NCBI GenBank assembly: GCA_977016875.1
Contig: CDRNST010000233.1
Coordinates: forward strand, 1,178,001-1,242,000
Source: Pavona decussata
Taxonomy: Eukaryota
Reading direction: 5' to 3'
DNA: 64,000 nt
Position 1 is the first letter of the stretch; every line of letters begins with the position of its first letter. A model generated the notes under the pieces. It searched no databases, had not been told where the DNA came from, and worked only from the letters and a program-made list of their open reading frames with translations. Positions 12,301-24,300 of the stretch are shown piece after piece. A program made the position numbers and the translations under genes.

Positions 12301-15300
12301 GCTGCTCTCCTTCTTTGAAACTTTTCTTTGACTCGCTAAAAGTTTCTTTGCGATCTTGACCCTCCCTTGCACCCCCCCCCCCCCCCCCCCCACTCCCCAC
12401 CCGTCTCCCAAACCAACTTCTTTGCTGGAATATTCTTCTGATTGCCTTAAATATGCTTCCGTATGGATCTGACTGGAGTGACTCTCTTATTTTTCTCAGG
12501 GATAGCAGAACGGAGCGGGCAGTAGCAGTAGTTTTCCCTTCTGAGAGCGCAGGAGGCTTGTGAAGACCTGATGCGCGAAAAGGAGCACTTTTAGCGAAAA
12601 TTCCGTTCGTTTCACGCGCTTGCTTGGAAAGGAAACGTCTGCTACGGAGGCTAATGGAAACGCGATTTTCACTCGCACGTGAGAGAGTAAAAAGACAGTA
12701 CGCGTGTTCAAGCACGCATCTCTCCCACTCCTCTATCTTTGGCCTAATAAATTTGTCTGGATATCTCTGTCTTGATATCAAACAAACCTTTTGGCGTTTG
12801 ATCTATCGACATCATCCCCGCTGAGAGATTCCACCGAGCCTTGGTTCCCCCAAGTATCCTCAGGACCGGGTTTCCGTCTCCGTTTCACGTACTTGGACAT
12901 CTGTGAGCCTTGCCGCAACACTTTGGACTTGCTCTAAAAAATGTGACAATGAAATGCAACTAAACAAGGGCAGATCGGCAATGATGTTTAACCCTTTCTA
13001 GAGGCAAACTATGAGTGACATCACGTCTTTACAGCTTTCGAGTCTGTGGATAAAATCTTCAAGTATTACATATAACATTCTAATGAAAGTTCCTAAGCAG
13101 TATTTTCCTGTGGTGCTGTTTTATTACGCTGTACAAGGTGGTTCTGATTTTTGAGCCTGTGAATAAAAGTCTCAAGTGTAACCGTTTAAATGAATGCCAC
13201 ACTGAGCATCACTTTCATGTGGTGTTGATTATTAAACCGTACAAGTTGGTTCTAACCTTTGAGTCTATGGGTGAAATCCTGAAGTGTGATCACTCGAATG
13301 AAAGATTTCAGCAGTATTTTCCTGTGATCCTGTTTATTACGCTGTACAAGATAGTTCGAACGCTTGAGTCTGTGGATGAAATCCTCAAGTGTGATCAATG
13401 GACCAGTACATTTCCGTGATTCTCTTTACTAGACTGAACAAGGTGTTCTAACGTTTGAGCTGTGGATGAAATCACTCAAGACTGAGCAGTACTTTCCTGT
13501 GGTGTTGTTTATTACGTAGTGCAAGGTGGTTCTAACTCTTCAATTTGTGGACACAATCTCACGGGTGTATAATTTGGCTCCCTTGGAAAAATGTGGTTTT
13601 AAGCTTGCCTCTCGATTTACATTAAAACATGATTGATTCAAAATACGTACGAACAAGGAGTACAAAGGAAAGATTCCAGGAAGAGATATAACAGAAAAAG
13701 ACCAATGTAAGTTCTTAGAAGTAGTTGTTTTTAATTTAAAAAAGAAAATTTCTAAATTATTCACTACTTCTTTCCATGCCGTTTATTCCACAGAAATTTT
13801 ATTCACTGTAATTAATCTTTTAAAGGCAATTTTAAGACAATTCATGCAGCTTAATAACTTAAGTTTGTGCGTTAATTAGGCATGATTACATTAGATTAAC
13901 AGTATTTGGCTTGGGCTATATTTAATGTTTTCCAACCGTTCTTACAAAGTTTTCAACCTTACACGCAAGATAAACAGGAAGAGGATCTTACACTCAAGAT
14001 AAACAGGAGTTTAGAATTGCGCTTCAATTAAGAGCGATTTTGAAAAGATTTACAGCTCTCAGCAGTCAGAAGCAAAGCCAAAGCAGGCTTTGGCTTTGGC
14101 AGAATTGTTTTTCTGCGCTCGGCATCGGTTGCACGTTTTCCCGCGCTTGACGCCGGTTGCACGTTTTTCCCCCCGTTTGTCATGCGTTACGACACCGGTT
14201 TCAAGTTTTAGCTCTGAGTTTTGATTGGTAATGTTCGCGATTACTTTCACTCCATGACACAGTGAAGATTGAATACCAATGTTCGAAATTGATCCAACTG
14301 CATAAGTCTGGCTAAACAAAGAGCGTCAGAAAATAGACCATTTTAAAAGATTTGGTCGTAATGAACCCGGAAAAAAAGGAATAGTAAGCGTTTATGCAAT
14401 TGCTTGAATAAGAGATATTTGCACTGAATGCATAGACGCCTGCCTGTCAAAGCTCTCTTTGAAGGCATTCATCCAACTGTTTTGAGTTCAACACGTTCAA
14501 ATCTGGTAAAACCTGTTAATTCCCGGACATTCTTTCACGTAGCTGGCACTGCTTGTCGATCAATTTCAAACACTCGCACACAGTTATTCTGTTGATTCTG
14601 GTGTGAGGAATAGTCATTGTAAAACAGCTGTACATGAAATTTTTAGGTAATAAATCGGTTTAGAGCATTTACTAAATGCTCTAAACCGATTTATTACCTA
14701 AAAAGAAACAAATTACATCTTTTAAGCCTGTTTTAGCTTCTTACCTCAGCTTCCTCAATCTCATCGCTGAGACTGTGTCCTCGTTCCTTTTTCTGTTTAA
14801 TAATCAGCAATTATTAGACAATTTACTTTAAATTACCATTTAGGTTTATTCGCAGTTCATTTTTGAAACGAACATAACTTAAGATAAGGCTTTAAAATTA
14901 GGAGTAGTTTAAAATTTTCATCGATTAACTTAAAATATTATCTAAAGCGTTAAGTATCTCCACAGGCATCCCAACAGAGCAATACAGTGAATAAAAAAAA
15001 TGATTTGATATCATTTTCTGTTTAGAGGCGAAAGATCACAGGTTAAAGGCAAGCCTTTTGTTATTCTCGAAATCTATTGTTGTTGTTCTCAGTATGTATT
15101 TCGAATGACGAACCGAAAGAGAGAACGACGACCTTGACAATGTTTGGGATGCCTGTGCATTGTATAGCTTGGAGACTGTACGTGTTTGGTCCGAAAAAGG
15201 TTAAGTTAGGTACATAGACGAATAACGCTAACGCGAGCAAAATTATTATTTAGCGATAACCCATTATCAAGGGAAAAGTTATGGAACGTAAATGAAAGAC

Positions 15301-18300
15301 GCAAAAAAAATGTTAACATTTAGTTTTACTTAATACGTTCACAGAAAAACAGTTATTGAACAGTGCATCACGGAAGTTTTAGTAGATTAAAATTAGGAAT
15401 TCATGGTTTATCTTTATGGCGGATGATCTTGATGGCGTGTTTTTGCCTCATGCTAGTCATTAGTTAAGCAACCTTGGTGGGTTATGCCGTTTTTTTCTTA
15501 GATCCGGTTGTTCAAAGGGTGAAAAACTTTATCCAGTGGAAACGTCGCTAGCAAGCGGACAAAATTTACTCCAATTGCCACATTCTGTCCACTGGTAAAA
15601 GCTCTACGCTCTTTGAATAAGTAGGACCAGAAGAGACGACTTAAAAGGCGTCCAAAATAAAAGCTGTCAAAGAAAGAAAATCTTACGGGTAAAAGTATCA
15701 ATTACTGAGTTTAAAACTCGCCCAAAACTAGACAAGATTATGAGAGGATTTTGCTGGTATACCTTAGGGTAAAATTTCGAAATTATGTTAAAGTCAGGTT
15801 TAAAGTTATCACTCGTGAAAGTTCATTTTACTTTGGTGTTAACTGTTGCAAATGACCCTTCGATACTATAAGAAGCTTCAAAATAAATACTATGGTTATA
15901 AGAAAAGCTGTAAGCAAAGAAGTTAACAAAAATAAACAAAACAAAAAAATACATACAGCCATTAGCATCTGTGAAGAATCCAGAAGGAGATCCAGCACAT
16001 GCGCAGTAAGCATTGGCAAAAACAAGTCAGTCAGTTAAAGAATATTATTCTCATTATTATTGGTATTAGAATTTTATCCAAAAAAATACATTCTGTAACA
16101 ATTAAAATTACAAGAAAGGGGGAATAAAGTTGAGTGTACAAAGTAAAGCGACGTACGAGGTGGATATGCAAGGTGCGTTGTTAATAACGCAATGTAGAAC
16201 GCAATGTGATAAATTTGAAAGTCCTGCTTTGTCCCAGGTCGGCAAAGAAAGGGAAAACAGGAGGCGCGGGGCGTGATGGTATTTTTCTCTGCACCATTTC
16301 CAGAAATCCATGCATATTGTTCTGGATTAAGGAGAAACACCTAGGGACAAGGCAGGAGATACACAAAACCTTTCCAAACAAGTAACGACATTTTAGGGTT
16401 ATTATTTCAGCAGAATTCGAGTGCCATTCTTTTCCTTAAGGATATCGCGCAAGGAAAGTGGATCGTGATAAGCGCGCGAAACTAGTCTCGCTGTCTCACT
16501 GGGCGCGCAAAAGACATTACAGAACGTGTTTTTTGTCATCAATGTAAAACTGACCAAACACTATACTCAAACGCGAAAAACTAATTCTGTAATTACAACA
16601 ACATAAAATAAACACAAAATTGCGTGTTCATGAGTCAAGTGATTGAGCCATAACAGGCCTTATTACTCTGGGTTATCAAGAACATCAAGGAGACAAGCTT
16701 ACCGCTTCGTGCGCAGCCTCAATAGCATCCTTGTCGTCTCTCAGTTTCTGATTCATGTCCCTTAAACAAAAATAGTCATTAGCAGGCTGTTTGCAGCCAA
16801 CATAGAATTTTATGGGGAACAACTTTTCAGGCCATATACGTTTAGACGGACTAGTTACAACTCGCTGCACTTCATCCTGGACCTCAGAGAACTTACACGA
16901 GGCAGATGATAAAGGTTCTTAACATTCACTAATTGCTTTTTTTTACCTGAGGATGTCTAGCTGCTTGATGAGGCTCGCTTGTTCCTTTTGCATACCCTGT
17001 GATACCCGCATGGCCGCCCTACAAAGAGAAAGTATCTTCGGTTTAGTGAAAGTTGAAAGCTATAAAGCTACCCTAAGGTATGGACTAATAGCCTTTCTCC
17101 TCCCACGTGATTGCAAGAAAACTGGAGATTAAATTTTATTGTCACGGCTCGCTTCCAGTTTCCATACGACCATTTATACTGTCACCTGTTTCCCGTGTTT
17201 CTCTGTGTAGCAACCACTACAGTTTTTTTATTGCAAGTAATGAAATGGTACCGCCAGATAAACCCTTGTGAATACAGCCGCCTTTTATTTCTCCCTATCC
17301 GGGATGCGATTGGACAAGGGCGATGAGAGACGGGAGGGTATTTGCAAGAAAAGGCAAAACAAACTGGCGAAGACGATGGACGTAAGATATATTTACACCT
17401 ACTATCGTCAATGCTCATTTGATAGAAGAGTTTTTGTAAACAAAAGAGTATGAGAAAATGAGCGCTCTTTTCCAACAAGAAGAAAACCAAAAACGGTTTC
17501 TTTTCACGAATATTTTCGGTGAAAAACCAGGCATTCAATCCAAACAAAAGGTTACTTACAGGACAACAAAAGATAAACTGCGACAGAAAATGATACAAAT
17601 GACAAGCCAAAATAGTGAAAACATAAAACAAATACCCGTTCTGAGGGTCGCTTGAGACGCTTGAACAAGTGTTCTCGTTTTGAAGCTCATCAACAAAATG
17701 TCCACAATGGCATAGCACGGCTTGACAGCCAATCTCAGAAAACGCTACTGGAAGAACAAAGTCTGCTGGTTTAGATGCTAATTCAGCAGAAGTTTGACAG
17801 AGCTCAGTATCATTTAGGCCATCCCGCGAAGTAGATTTAAAGCGGAATACTTCAGGTTCGTCGGGACTTTTCCCGTATGTAGAAGGACGACTAGCGCCCT
17901 GGAGGGGTCCCATTTGTGGAGAGCAGGGCGTATTGACATACTCTTCGACCTCCGCGTCGTTAAAGAGCTCCACGTCATTGGAGACTTGTATCTGTCCAGC
18001 GAGCACGTTCAGGTCGTCTAAAGTATATGCTACTGTCTGGCACTCCTTAGATGTTGCGACATACATATCACCGTCAGGTGATGTCTGGCTTTCTCTACTG
18101 TGATATTCAATGGCGGATTCCAAGTTTGACGTCTGACAGAGTTTTGAAGACGAAACAGTGGTGGCTGTTTGACATGCTTTAGTACCGTAGGTTGGCTTGT
18201 TTCTTTCAAGACTATCTGTGGTCTGGTTGTTGTGTGCAACCGAATCTGCTTTCGCTAATTTCAAGGACAGAGTCGACAAATAATAGTGGTCGTTCATTAG

Positions 18301-21300
18301 GCCAGGATCCGTTTGACATTCTTTGTTGTTGTAGACAAAATACTTACACTGGTGGGCTTGAACCTCAGTTGGTGTCTTAAAGGAACCATCCGCGACAAAC
18401 TTTGGCATTGTCTGGGTTTCTTTAGAGGACACTGCTGGTAACCCAATTTCTGTTTGACACTCTTTGCTCAGGGAGGATATTTCGGTCTCTTTTCCCAGCT
18501 TTGCAATATCTCCAGAGTCGTTATACCACGAAGTCTGACATTGCTTCGATGTAACAAGGAGAAGGTCAGAGTCCAGAATTGTTTGACACTCCTTGCTCTC
18601 ATAGAATATTTCAGTCTCTACTTTTGCCTTCTCAATCTCGTCAGAGGTGTAAGACCAGAAAGAGGTTTGACATGCTTTTGACGTTGCAAACAAAAGATCA
18701 GTGTCCAGGAAGGTTTGGCACTCTTTGCTCTCGTAGGTCTTTTCAGCTTCTTCTGTCAGCTTTGTAATCTCTCCAGAAGTATTGGACCACGAGGAGGGCT
18801 GACATTGAATTGACATTGCAGGAATTAGGTCAAAGTCAAATACTGTTTGACACTCTTTGTTCTCGTGGGAGTTTTCGGCTTCTTCTCTCAGGAATGTAAT
18901 CTCTCCAGAGGTATGGGTCCACGAGGAAGTCGACGGAATAAAGTCAGAGTCAAACAATGTTTGACCCTCTTTGCTTTCGTGGGACATTCCGGCCTCCACT
19001 CCTGTCTTTTTGGTCTCTCCAGAGGCATAAGAAAAGGAAGAGTTCTGATATTCCTTCAACGCCGCAAGAAGAAAATCAGTGTCCAGTAATGTTTGACACT
19101 CTTTGCTTTCGCAGGGTATTTCAGTCTCCACCACAGCCTTTTCGTTCTCTTCAGAATTATGGAACCACGAGAAGGTCTGACATTCTTTTGACGCTACGCG
19201 AAGTAGGTCATTGTCCAGTACCGTTTGACACTCCTTATCAACATAGGAAGTGAACCGGGATGTGGAAATTTTCTTTACAGCAGACTCATCTGCGGCACCA
19301 CGAATGGTCAATATCTCGCACTGCGTTGATGACGTTACAAGTACATTGTGAAGTGATGTTTGGCACTCTTTGTTTGTTAGGGACACCAAGCGAGACGGAC
19401 CATCTTCTGCAGTAGAAGTTCCGCAATCACCGAATTCATGCAGGTTGCTTCCTGTTGTCTGGCATTCCTTGTTGTAAAAGGAAATGTGATTTGCCGATTT
19501 AGTAGTGTTAATCTGGCATTCCTTTGATGATGTCAAAACCAGTTCATAACCAGGTGACGTTTGACAGTCTTTGTCGACATGTTGGCAGTCGTTGATTCGT
19601 GCTTGAACCTCCTCACCACTATCGCCATCTTCGCCTAAAGCAGTCTCCCTCTGCACGATTTTTTCTTCAGAGCGAGGGTTGGGGAGTTTCACCTGGACAC
19701 CCACACTGGCAAAGTCATTGGTTTGCAGCTCTGTCTGGCATTCAATGCTTTGTTGTAGGAATGCTTTTCGGGGAGAACTGACTTCAAGGGTCTCGTTCGT
19801 TTGACATGCAGCATTGACGCTTTTGTATGAAAAGGACGTCTGGCTTCCTTTAGTTTTACACTCTGGTGGGCTGCCACTTCCCTTTAATACATCTACTTGA
19901 CGTTGTTGATCAGTACCCTCCCTGATGACATTACCCGAGTGAAATCTGCCAGCTTTGAATGTGCCAAATCCCTGTTTGCCGTTGTCAGATTCCGCTTTCG
20001 AATAAGAATCAAGTTTCTGCGTTTTGGCTGAGGCCATTGGTCCTTTGTGAGAATTTCCCTCCTCGTCTCGATTTCCGTCCTGGAGCAAATGATGTTGGAG
20101 ACGGTCACTTTTATCAAGATGTGGTTTTCCAAATGGTACCCAGGTTGAGGCCCGCAAATCATCTTGAGTACTGATTTCCACATTTGACCTCTCTTTCTGT
20201 CCTTGAAACGTGAAATAGTTGTTTTTAGAGTAAGTCTGCCTTATTTCACCGGCATTAAGTCCTTCGTAACTGCAGACGACTTCTTCCACCTCCACTTTAC
20301 TTGATCCATTTTTACCATTTGAATCCAATTCCTTGACTTCAACTAAGTTGGCGTCTTTGCTTTGAGTCCCGACTTCAGCAAACATGGGGTCAGTAATGTT
20401 GTCTGCTAAGGCTGTTTTGCCATCTAAACAGTCCGCAGTCTCATCAAGGTAGCTTGAAAACATCGCTTCCGTGGTAGGCAAAGCTCCATCTTCAAACGGA
20501 TTATCGTTGACGTCCAAGGCTACAAAACAGACATCTTCAGTTGCAACATGCCTCTCGGCTGCATCTTGTACTACTCTTAGACTAGTGATATCCGAACCTT
20601 GGTGGTGGCGAAGTGCATTATCCGTCAATGCCAAGGGCTGGAATTGTTCCTCGGGTAGAAGGTCTATTTTTGTCACGTCTTCAAAAGAATCTGCATTTTC
20701 GTTTTCATATGTCTTTTCCGACATATCAAACACTATCTCTACTACTGGAGTCGCTTTGCCAGACAGACTCGTAATTGCACTTGGCTGCTGGATAAAATAT
20801 TGAACTGCTTTTTCGCAAGCAAAGCCTTCTTCGTGAACAGAAGACAATTTGGTTTCACCAACTAAATCCTCAGATTCATCTACGAGGGAAGTGATATTGT
20901 CAGAAACACCACTGTTTCTTTCTACACTTTTTCGCAAACTGGTATGGAGGGTATTGGTCAGTTCTTCTTGAGTGGCATGATCTGTTTTACTGTCTTCATG
21001 AGTAACGTGTTCGGAAATGGGGGAGTCCATTGTAGAATCCTTTGGTTCGTTTTCGTCCAGGAACAAGTCTTCCTTTTTCACGCCTTCATCTGACTGCCAA
21101 AGAGTTGAACTGGTCTCTAGGGTCTCCACTGTAGAAGTCTCATTCTTTTTATGAATGTCCACGTCAAAATTCCCACAGGGTTTAAGGGACGCTGCGGTTT
21201 CTAGGGGTTCAACTGGCAACATCGGAGAGACATAACGTTTACCAGTTATCTCTGGAAAAGAATTGGCACCTCTAGTGTTATGAGTAAGGGCAATGCTTTG

Positions 21301-24300
21301 AGCCACTGGTATTCCTGACAACAATACAGGAGAAACTGTTTCTTCACTCTGGAGTGTGAAATCAGTTGAGCTCGAATCGACATTTGCTTTCTTCTTACCT
21401 CCATTGAGAGGTTGCGCCCTTCTTTGTTCCGTTTCCTTGACGAAGTCTCTCTGATATATTTTTGCTTCATTGGATGGTTCCACATCATCCAAAGATTCTA
21501 ATGCCTTTGCCCAACTTTCTTTAGGTTTGTTTGAGGTCGTCTCTTTCTGTGAATATGGTTCTCTCGTAGGGTTAGGCAGGGCATCAGCTAACTGTAGATG
21601 ATCACCATTTGTAGACGCTTCGCTTGTCTTTGAAAGAACTGCTGCTTGCTTTTTGCGTTCGGGAATACGCCTTTGTCTAGGTACATGGGTGTAACTTCCT
21701 TCCTTTGAAGAAGGTGAATTGGAGAGCTGGGTTACGTTTTTTCTGAAGCGTCGCATATCTGTCTCACTTAGATGGGTTCCAGTGCTTTTGTCGTTCATAT
21801 TATGAGGGCCATCATAGTTCTCATCCGTTGGCTGAAAGTGGGCATCAAGTGCACTTTTTGTCTTTCGCATGGTCCTTCCTACTTCGTCATCTTGGCAACT
21901 CTGATTAAGTTGCTCATGTGTAGTAATGGTGTCAGCTTTCTCCTTTGAGATTACTTCCTGACTGCCACCTTTCTCTTGTTTTTCCTTGAAAACAGGAACT
22001 AAAGAAAAGTAGTTGTCGCTGTCGATGTCACCACTGTTACAGTTGCCGTCGTCCTTGTCCTTGTCATTAAAACGAAGAATTTTCTCGATACTTGGATGTT
22101 TGCTGTCGTCGTCCAAGGAGAGCTGTAGTTCTCGTTCTGCTTTCTTGGTGGAATGCCTCTTAGACTCGTTCCCCTCAACTGCCATCTTACTTTTCTGTAA
22201 TAAGCGTTTTGTAGTCTTTGCCAAACTTTCGTCAGCTGCACCGGAAGACCGTCTCCTTGCATGTGGTTCAGTAGCCGTGCTAGGACGAGGCAAATCACCA
22301 GTTAACTTAGAGTGTAGTTCATTGTGTTTCGGTGATGTTTCAAAAGGACTTTTGCTTTTCATCGTGGGATTCTTTCCCTGTCTTTCGTTCTCGTTGTATT
22401 TTCGTTTGGTCACAGGATTGTACGTTCGTTGCTGTGTAGAACGTGAAGTGGGACGCTGAGAAACGTCTTTCCCGGGACGTCCATTGTCTTTCTCAAGTAG
22501 CTGGCTATCAATAATTCCGTCCTTTGCTTCTGTGTCAGTGCACTCCCCTTTTACTTCATCTTTCACCAAACAAGTATCCTCTCTCACCCGTTTCGCTTTG
22601 AGTCCACGTTTGTCAGTTGTCTGATAACCTTGCCGCTGCTTGTAAGAAACAAACGCCTCTCCGCCTGTAGGTTCCAAAGTTAAAGAGCCATCAACCGTGT
22701 TTTTCATTTTACCTCTGTCGGGAAGGTGTTCAACAGGCCCACGATTCAAATCTTTATGTGGTCGATTCTTCTCTCTCGCCGGCCACCTTGGGTCCGTTGC
22801 TTGAGATATTTTTTCTGCATCTCCCATTTTCAGTTCTGATCCATAAGCGGCGGGAGCCATCGTATCTTTGACTTCCTGCTTCTCATTGTCTTGCAGATTC
22901 TCCTCCAGCCTTTCACCCTCGGAAGGCGATTTACGGCTCGTGTTTGAAGTTACTTCTCTCTTGATTGAACGTATCTTTATAGGAACAACCTTTCCCTGAA
23001 CATTTCCATGCCCAGTAGGTCTTGTCATTGAATCCTCTGGTATCAGTTTCTGCCATGCAGGATAAGAAATATTCTTTACTTCCTCTGACCCATAAAACGG
23101 ACTTTGATCGCTTGGTATCTGTTTAGACAATTGGCCAGACTGCAAGGTTCCCTTTGACCGCCTAATCAGATTACTGCAGGGAATACCATCCAGTTCATCT
23201 TGGCTAGACCGTTGATAGTCAAATGTTGTGTCTCCTGGGGCATTCGGCATTACGTTGACACTTTCATACTCAGTGGACAAATTAATACTGCTGTTCAGTT
23301 CATAATCGAACTCTGCACCGTGTGAATTGCCACGCTTTGAAGGTAAATCGTCACATTTGGCAGCAGGCTTGTTTGTCACTCTCATCTCCGCTTTGGTAGC
23401 TTCAAGGTCATTATAATATTTACTCGGCGTATGATTTCCAGGATAGCCAGCTGAAACTCCTTTGTCCGCTTCGACCCCTGTCGCACCTTGGAGCATCACT
23501 CCCTCTGTGTCCCACTTTCCTTCAGGTTTGCTTCTTTGCTCATCCCTCACCAAAGAAATAGAAGGGGCAGCCGTCAGGGCAAATACAGAATGGCGATCAC
23601 TTCTTCCACCACTATGGTGAAACTGTGACCCTTTCAAAGCATCGTGGTCGGTAGAATCACCATCGGTCCTTCCAACGTAGGGCAAGGCACCTTCGCGCTG
23701 ATATAATGACCTTGATTTTGATTTTATTACCCTGTGCGAATCTTCATTGCGAAACACTCTTATTGCTGGTCCTCCAGAAATCCCAGGCACCACACAAGCC
23801 ATAAGCCCACGATCGCTATCTTGGCCTTCAAACTCAGGTCTCTTCAAAGAATCCCCGTCATTATGTCTGTGTTTCTTATGTCGCTCTGCACGGCCTTCCT
23901 TTGAAGCCATCTTTCGTTTCGTTCTCTTGTCATCTTGTTTGCCAACAAGTGCAAAACACATAAAGCCGCTATCAGCGCTGCTTGTTGATAAATAGTCATC
24001 TTCGATCACATCTGGAACGTAGCCTAACTCCGAAGCTACAGAAGACAAATCTTCGAAACTATCAGCAATCTGGCGTGACGTGCCCTGCGGGTATCCAGAG
24101 ATGACCTCTTGATCACCGTCACGACGCCTGGAGGTCGGACTAATACTTTCATTCCACCGACAATCCTTGCCAGCGAAAAACCGTGCGGTATATCCAAAAT
24201 GCTCCAAAGACCCCTCTGTTTCATTGCGGTATCTGAAACTGCCTTCCGAATCAGCCTCGCTCGAAAATGAGGCCATTGGAAGGCGATCTAATGTCTGTCG

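Noticed and set aside
12191-12781. 196-aa ORF
   Set aside because: Lies in an intron, crosses a poly-C run and repeat-like sequence, has no recognisable domain and does not continue the exon frame convincingly.
13040-13560. CRISPR-like array or ORF 13138..13419
   Set aside because: Degenerate tandem satellite with no unique spacers, in eukaryotic context.
17182-17635. Hydrophobic last ~150 aa of the 2555-aa ORF as a transmembrane anchor
   Set aside because: It begins exactly at an in-phase GT donor and switches to T-rich intron-like composition (F/L/C-rich), so it is most likely intron read-through. A retained-intron isoform cannot be fully excluded.
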